A stretch of 64,000 nucleotides of DNA from an uncultured Acidobacteriota bacterium (GTDB lineage Bacteria > Acidobacteriota > Polarisedimenticolia > J045), in contig CAVPCQ010000015.1 of the NCBI GenBank assembly GCA_963702425.1, positions 95,382-159,381 on the forward strand, written 5' to 3'. Positions 58,199-64,000 of the stretch are shown in pieces. How positions within the stretch are numbered: position 1 is the first letter of the stretch; every line of letters starts with the position of its first letter. Made by a program: the position numbers and the translations under genes. The notes beneath the pieces were generated by a model. That model was given only the letters and a program-made list of their open reading frames with translations, ran no database searches and had not been told where the DNA came from.

Positions 58199-59905
58199 TC
58201 CCGACCGTCAGCACCAGTGCGACGGGCCGCAGCCGCTTGGAGAGGCCGTAGGTCAGCACGCCGCGGAAGGCGATCTCCTCGAAGATCCCCGGCAGGACGG
58301 CCAGGAACAGGAACATCTGCCAGAGCGGCATCTCGTGCGGCGCGAGCGTCTCGGAGAACGCGCGCAGCAGCGCCTCGGGCACCGGGAAGAGCAGGCTCGC
58401 CAGCCGGAACACCCCGATCCCGGTCACGAGGCCGGCCGGCACGCCGATCAGCACCGCCAGCCACGCCGCGGGGTGCGGTGCGCGCAGCGCGAGCGCCTCC
58501 TTCGGATCGAGCCGGAAGCGGCGGATCAGGAAGAACGCGCCGCCGCCGAAGATCAGCAGGACGTTGAACAGCACCTGGCGCTCGATCGTCTGCATCCACT
58601 CGACGTTGAGCGCCACGACGAACTGGATCACCCAGAACAGCCCGAACCAGAACAGCACGCGGCGCGGGAAGAGCGCCGCGCCGCCGAGCGCCTCCGCCGC
58701 GTCGCGCTGGCCCGCCGCCAGCAGCCGCTCGCCGGTCAGCGTGCGCGCCGCGAGGCGGGTGACCCAGACCGCGGCCGCCGCCGTGATCAGCCAGGCCAGC
58801 GCCAGCATCGGCCAGTCGGGGCGGCCGGACAGGAACTCGGTCACCCCGACGCTGAGGTTGGCGACCGGCACCAGCACGATCGCCGAGCGCAGCTCGATTC
58901 CCGGGAGGAAGGCCGCCGCGGGCGGGAGCAGCGAGCCGAGGAACAGCGGCAGGAAGTAGCTCTGCGCCTCGCGGTAGGTGCGGGCCTGGCCCGAGATGTA
59001 GAGCAGCAGCGCCGACAGCAGGGCCGCCACGGGCAGGAAGAGCAGGAACAGCACGACCAGCCGTCCCGGCGTCAGCGCGGCGAGCAGGTCGTTCGGAAGC
59101 TGGAACAGCTTCAGGCCGCCCCACAGCGCGAGGTTCAGCACCTGGAGCAGCGTGATCGCCAGCGCGACGCACAGGATCAGGAGCAGCTTGGCGGCGATGA
59201 TGTCGCGCCGCCCCGCGGCGCTGGTCAGGAGCGTCTCGAGCGTGCCGCGTTCCTTCTCGCCGGCGAGCGTGTCCACCGCCACGACCGACCCGCCGCCGAG
59301 GATCAGGAAAACGAGCATCAGCGTCAGCGCGCGGCCGAAGCGGGATCCGGCGGAGCCGGCCTCCGGCGCCAGGTCGACCGCCTCGGCGGGGAGCACCTCG
59401 GCACGCGCCACGGCGACGCCGCGCTCGGCGAGCAGCTTCCCCTGGCGCCCCTCGACCGCCCGTGTGAGCGCGTCGTCCAGCCGGCGCGTGGCGGCCTGCG
59501 ACTCCTCGCGGTCGCCGCGGAAGTGGAGCAGCAGGCGCGGGACGGGCGGCCTGGCGGCCGCCTCCGGCGCGAGCGCCTCGATCCAGACCTGGATCGTCCC
59601 GTCGTCGAGCGCCGGGCCGGGGTCCTCGCTGACGATCTCCTTGAGGCGCCCCTCCTGCGCCCCCGACGTCAGCGACTCGGCGACCAGCGCCCTGGCCAGC
59701 GCGGCCTCCGGCCCGGTCACCGCGTAGGCGTGGATCGCCGTCGCCAGCTTCGCCTCATGGCTCGTCTCGCGCTGGCGCGAGAGGTAGAGCAACCCCGGGG
59801 TCACCAGCGCCGGCAGCAGGATCGAGAGCAGGACGGTGCGCCGGTCGCGCAGCGCCGACTTCAGCTCGGTCGAGAACAGCGCGAGCACGACCTTGGGATC
59901 GATCC

Positions 59906-59909
<4 letters not shown>
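57849..59909 (-). CDS. ABC-2 permease-CPBP protease fusion, copy 2 (stop lost at junction, extended tail)
   Basis: About 11 aa differences from copy 1; ends PGLR|SGRPAPG... instead of PGLRT-stop. Confidence 0.85.
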
Positions 59910-60648
<739 letters not shown>

Positions 60649-60652
<4 letters not shown>

Positions 60653-61926
60653 CGTGCCCCCTTCGCGGCGGGTTGGGGCTTCTTGCCGCGCAGGAACTTG
60701 ACCAGGCTCCCGCCGTGGGAGCCGACCAGGAAATCCTCGAACCGCAGGACGTACGCGGCGAGCCAGAGCGTCGCCACGACGAGCGCCGCCTCGACCAGCA
60801 GCGTCAGGCCGATCAGCGGTCCGTCGAAGTGCCCGGCGATCGCCTCGCGGAACATGATCGCGACGTTGAGCACGGGAACGAGCGCCGTCCCGACCGTCCA
60901 GGGCGTGCCGCGCACCAGCATGATCGGCAGGATCGTCATCAGGTACAGCGGCATCACCAGCGACTGCCCCTCCTTGAACGTCCGCGCGAACGAGGCCAGC
61001 AGCATCATCCCGGCGGCGAGGAAGAGCGCCAGCAGGATCGTTCCCGCCAGCACCACCGGGATCGCCAGCCAGGGGATCGAGAACTCCATCCCCTTCTCGC
61101 CCGCGCGCTCCAGCAGCGGGGACAGGATCCGGCCCATCGAGAAGGTCATGGCGCCGAGGTTGAGCACGCCGGCGGTGATGCCGAAGGTCGCCACCAGGAA
61201 GTACTTGGCAAAGACGACGCTCTCCCGCCGGACGCCGGTCGAGGCCAGCGTCTCCCAGGTTCCGCGTTCGCGCTCCCCGGCGGTCGCGTCGATCGCCGGG
61301 TAGAAGCAGCCGACGGCACACATCAGCAGCAGGAACGTGGGCAGCATCAGGCCGAGGATGAACTGCCCCTTCTCGCGCGCGCTCGAGCGGTCCTGGTCGT
61401 CGGTCGTCGCGACGCTCCACTGGGCGTCGGTCACGCCGCGCGCGGACGCCTCGTGCTCGAGCATCGTGCCGCGCTGGTCGGCCAGGCGCCGGTCGAGCCG
61501 GTCCTTCGCCTCGCGGCTGCGGTCGCGCGAGCCGTCGTGGAGCAGCCGGACGCGCGCGTTGCCGGGGAGCGCCGACGCTTCCCCGGCAGGGGCCGGCTCG
61601 AAGACCAGCGCCGCGTCGAGCCGCCCCGCGCGGATCTCGGCCTCGGCCTCCGCGGCGCCCGGCACCTCGACGATCCGGTACTTCTCGTCGCGACCGACTT
61701 CCGCCGTCATCGGCTTCAGCGCCGCCGGCGCCCCGACGAACGCGACGCGCGAGGTGAACCCCTCCGTCTTCCCCCGGATGAAGGTGATCGCGGTGAACAT
61801 CACCCAGAGGAGGATCGGGTAGAGGAAGATCGGGATCAGGATCGAGTTGGTGACGAGCGAGCGCTCGCGCAGCGCGGAGCGCAGCTCCATCCCGTACCAG
61901 GTGAGGATCTCGCGCCAACGGGGCAA
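60649..61926 (-). CDS. ABC-2 permease (NatB-like), copy 2
   Basis: Four aa differences from copy 1. Confidence 0.87.
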
Positions 61927-61951
61927 GGGAGGGCTCCGGCGAAGTGCGGTC

Positions 61952-61981
61952 AGCCTAGGCGGGGCGCGGCCGGGGTGTCAA
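61952..61981 (-). promoter_or_regulatory. Putative sigma70 promoter of the ABC operon, copy 2
   Basis: TTGACA-N18-TAGGCT, identical to copy 1. Confidence 0.55.
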
Positions 61982-62871
61982 TCCTGAGCCGGCGCCGGCG
62001 GCTTCTCCCGCGCCGCGATCGCTTCCGCCAGGGCCACGATCCGCCGCGCGTTCTCGACGTGCAGCGCCTCGATCAGCCGCCCCTCCAGCACGACCACGCC
62101 CGACCCCATCACGAGCGCCCGCGCGTGCGCGTCGATCACCCGCCGCGACCAGGCGATTTCCTCGGGCGACGGTGCGAAGATCCGGTTGGCGGCCGCGATC
62201 TGGCGGGGGTGGACGAGCGTCTTGCCGTCGAAACCCAGCGACCGCCCCTGCGCGCAGGTCCGCTCGAACCCCGCGTCGTCCTCGAGGTCGAGGTGCACGC
62301 CGTCGAGCGCGGCCAGGCCTTCGGCGCGCGCCGCGAGCACGACCAGCGACAGGCTCGTGAGCACCTCGGTGCGATCGGGGGTGTGCCGCGCGTGCAGGTC
62401 CTTCACCAGGTCCGAGGTCCCGGCGACGAGCCCCGCGAGCCGCGGGTGCGCGGCGGCGATCTCGGCCACCCGCAGCACGGCGCGCGGCGTCTCGATCATC
62501 GACCAGAGCGCGAGCCCGTCCGGCGCGCCGGCGGCGGCCAACGCGTCGGCCACGGCGATGATCTCCTCCGCGCGCTCGACCTTGGGGAGCAGGACGCCGT
62601 CGGCCCCCGACCGCGCCGCGGCGGCGAGGTCCGCCGCCTGCCACGGTGTCCCCGCGCCGTTGACGCGCAGCAGGATCTCGCGCGGCCCGAAACCCGCGGC
62701 GATCGCCGCCAGTGCGGCGTCGCGCGCGGGCTCCTTGGCGGACGGCGCGACGCCGTCCTCGAGATCGATCAGGAGGCCGTCCACGGGCAGCTCGCGGGCC
62801 CTGGCGAGCGCACGGTCGTTCGCGGCGGGGACGTAGAGCAGGCTTCGGCGGGGGCGGGGGAGGTGCTCCAT
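61978..62871 (-). CDS. HpcH/CitE family CoA-ester lyase, copy 2
   Basis: Same motifs as copy 1; different extreme C-terminus. Confidence 0.9.
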   Translation of the reverse strand: MEHLPRPRRSLLYVPAANDRALARARELPVDGLLIDLEDGVAPSAKEPARDAALAAIAAGFGPREILLRVNGAGTPWQAADLAAAARSGADGVLLPKVERAEEIIAVADALAAAGAPDGLALWSMIETPRAVLRVAEIAAAHPRLAGLVAGTSDLVKDLHARHTPDRTEVLTSLSLVVLAARAEGLAALDGVHLDLEDDAGFERTCAQGRSLGFDGKTLVHPRQIAAANRIFAPSPEEIAWSRRVIDAHARALVMGSGVVVLEGRLIEALHVENARRIVALAEAIAAREKPPAPAQD

Positions 62872-63011
62872 CGGCGGCTCCGGCCGGGCCGTCCCGGCGG
62901 CCCCGAGTCTCCCCCGGCCCGCCGGGCACCGCCCCCGAAAAGTGGAGAAATTGGCCGATTGTGACTAAGGTTGTCTCCGGGATCGGGCCGGGTTCGACCA
63001 GGAGGGCTTGG

Positions 63012-64000
63012 GTGTCGAAAGGGACGTGCGGTTCGGTGCGCCCGCGCCGGACCCTGTGCCACGCCAGTACCGCCGCCGCCGTGCTCCTGGGCAGTGTGGC
63101 CTTGGCGTTGTCCGCCGACTCCCGCGGCCCTGTCTCCTGCGGAAAGGACTGGGCCTGGTCCTACGAGCTGCGTTTCCTGGCCGTCGGCGCGAGCCCCGCC
63201 GGCAAGTCGGCCGACAGGGCGCCATCCCCGTGCGGGGGCACCCGCATCATGCCGATGGACTCGCCCTGGCTCGGCCCGAAAGACTTTCGCGAGCTCTCGA
63301 AGATGTTCGGCGACCTCCCGGTCGACATCCTGCCGTGGGGCTACCTGGCGACCGCTCCGGACGGGGGGGAGGCCCGGCTTTCGGGTGCCGTCCCGTCCCG
63401 CGAGCCGTGGGTGATCCACTTCATCGGCACCCAGACCGAAGGGGCCGGCGATCTCCACGAGCTGGCGCTGTCGCTCGAGGGACTCGGGCACCACTTCGAC
63501 GGTGAGATCTCCTTCCAGGCCCGCTCGGGAGAGACGCGCGGCGTGCGGTTCGGCCTGCCGTCGCGCGGCCAGCTCATCGTCCTCGTCACCCCGCGGCGCT
63601 GCGGGATGCTGGTGCCCGAGCTGGCGCGCCAGCGCCGGTACTTCTCCGGGCGGATCGAGTTGACCCCCCCGGAGAGCGCGCAGCAGGTCCCGCCCGTCTT
63701 CCCGGTCCTGGCGCAGGTGCGCAACGTCGACGGCCCGGTCGTGATGCGGGTCCTGATCGACGAGAAGGGGCAGCCCAGCGACCCGCTCGTCATGAGGTCG
63801 CCCCACAACGAGCCGAGCCTGGTCAAGGCGGCAGTCGCGGCCGTGAGGGACTGGCGCTACCGTCCGGCCCGCGAGAACGGCGTCCCGGTGCCGGTCTTCC
63901 AGACCGTCACGATGTCCTTCCGCCTGGCGCCCCCCGCCGGCGCTCCGGCCCCCGGCGGCAAGAAGGCCCTCGAGGTGCGGACCACCCCCAACGCCCCACC
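63012..64000 (+). CDS. TonB C-terminal-domain protein, copy 2 (intact; runs off window end)
   Basis: GTG 63012 after AGGAGG; open to the window end; complete TonB-C ending PVPVFQTVTMSFRL, then a Pro/Ala linker. Confidence 0.78.
   Translation, partial: MSKGTCGSVRPRRTLCHASTAAAVLLGSVALALSADSRGPVSCGKDWAWSYELRFLAVGASPAGKSADRAPSPCGGTRIMPMDSPWLGPKDFRELSKMFGDLPVDILPWGYLATAPDGGEARLSGAVPSREPWVIHFIGTQTEGAGDLHELALSLEGLGHHFDGEISFQARSGETRGVRFGLPSRGQLIVLVTPRRCGMLVPELARQRRYFSGRIELTPPESAQQVPPVFPVLAQVRNVDGPVVMRVLIDEKGQPSDPLVMRSPHNEPSLVKAAVAAVRDWRYRPARENGVPVPVFQTVTMSFRLAPPAGAPAPGGKKALEVRTTPNAP

Overview
Very GC-rich bacterial chromosomal DNA, probably from an Acidobacteriota-like lineage (inferred from gene content, not proven). 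1-10.7 kb is the distal dcw cluster (murF end, mraY, murD, ftsW, murG, murC, murB, ftsQ, ftsA, ftsZ; no ddl), followed 4 nt later by a REC-GGDEF diguanylate cyclase. Around 12 kb is a ~163-bp palindromic MITE-like element. 12-38.8 kb holds housekeeping and accessory genes: a MazEF-type TA pair with a palindromic operator, MFS and ABC-2 transporters, TrmJ, a GH57 branching enzyme with a histone-H1-like/DUF4912 partner, RluA, LysM-M23, an S9 peptidase, an amidase, glk, zupT, Crp/Fnr and FKBP. 38.9-50.7 kb is a signalling island: an ECF43-type sigma factor, a membrane Ser/Thr kinase-TPR and a second kinase, divergent from a small membrane protein, a 1582-aa exoprotein with 597-bp tandem repeats and a distinctive Cys-containing C-terminal domain, and a secreted protein. 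50.7-52 kb has decaying small DUF genes. 51951-63906 is a ~5.98-kb imperfect tandem duplication (ABC-2/CPBP exporter, CitE-like lyase, TonB-C protein) joined at a 3-bp microhomology; it is either a diverged duplication or a two-strain assembly artefact. No rRNA, tRNA, CRISPR array, transposase or integrase was seen. All family assignments come from motif recognition by eye, with no database search.
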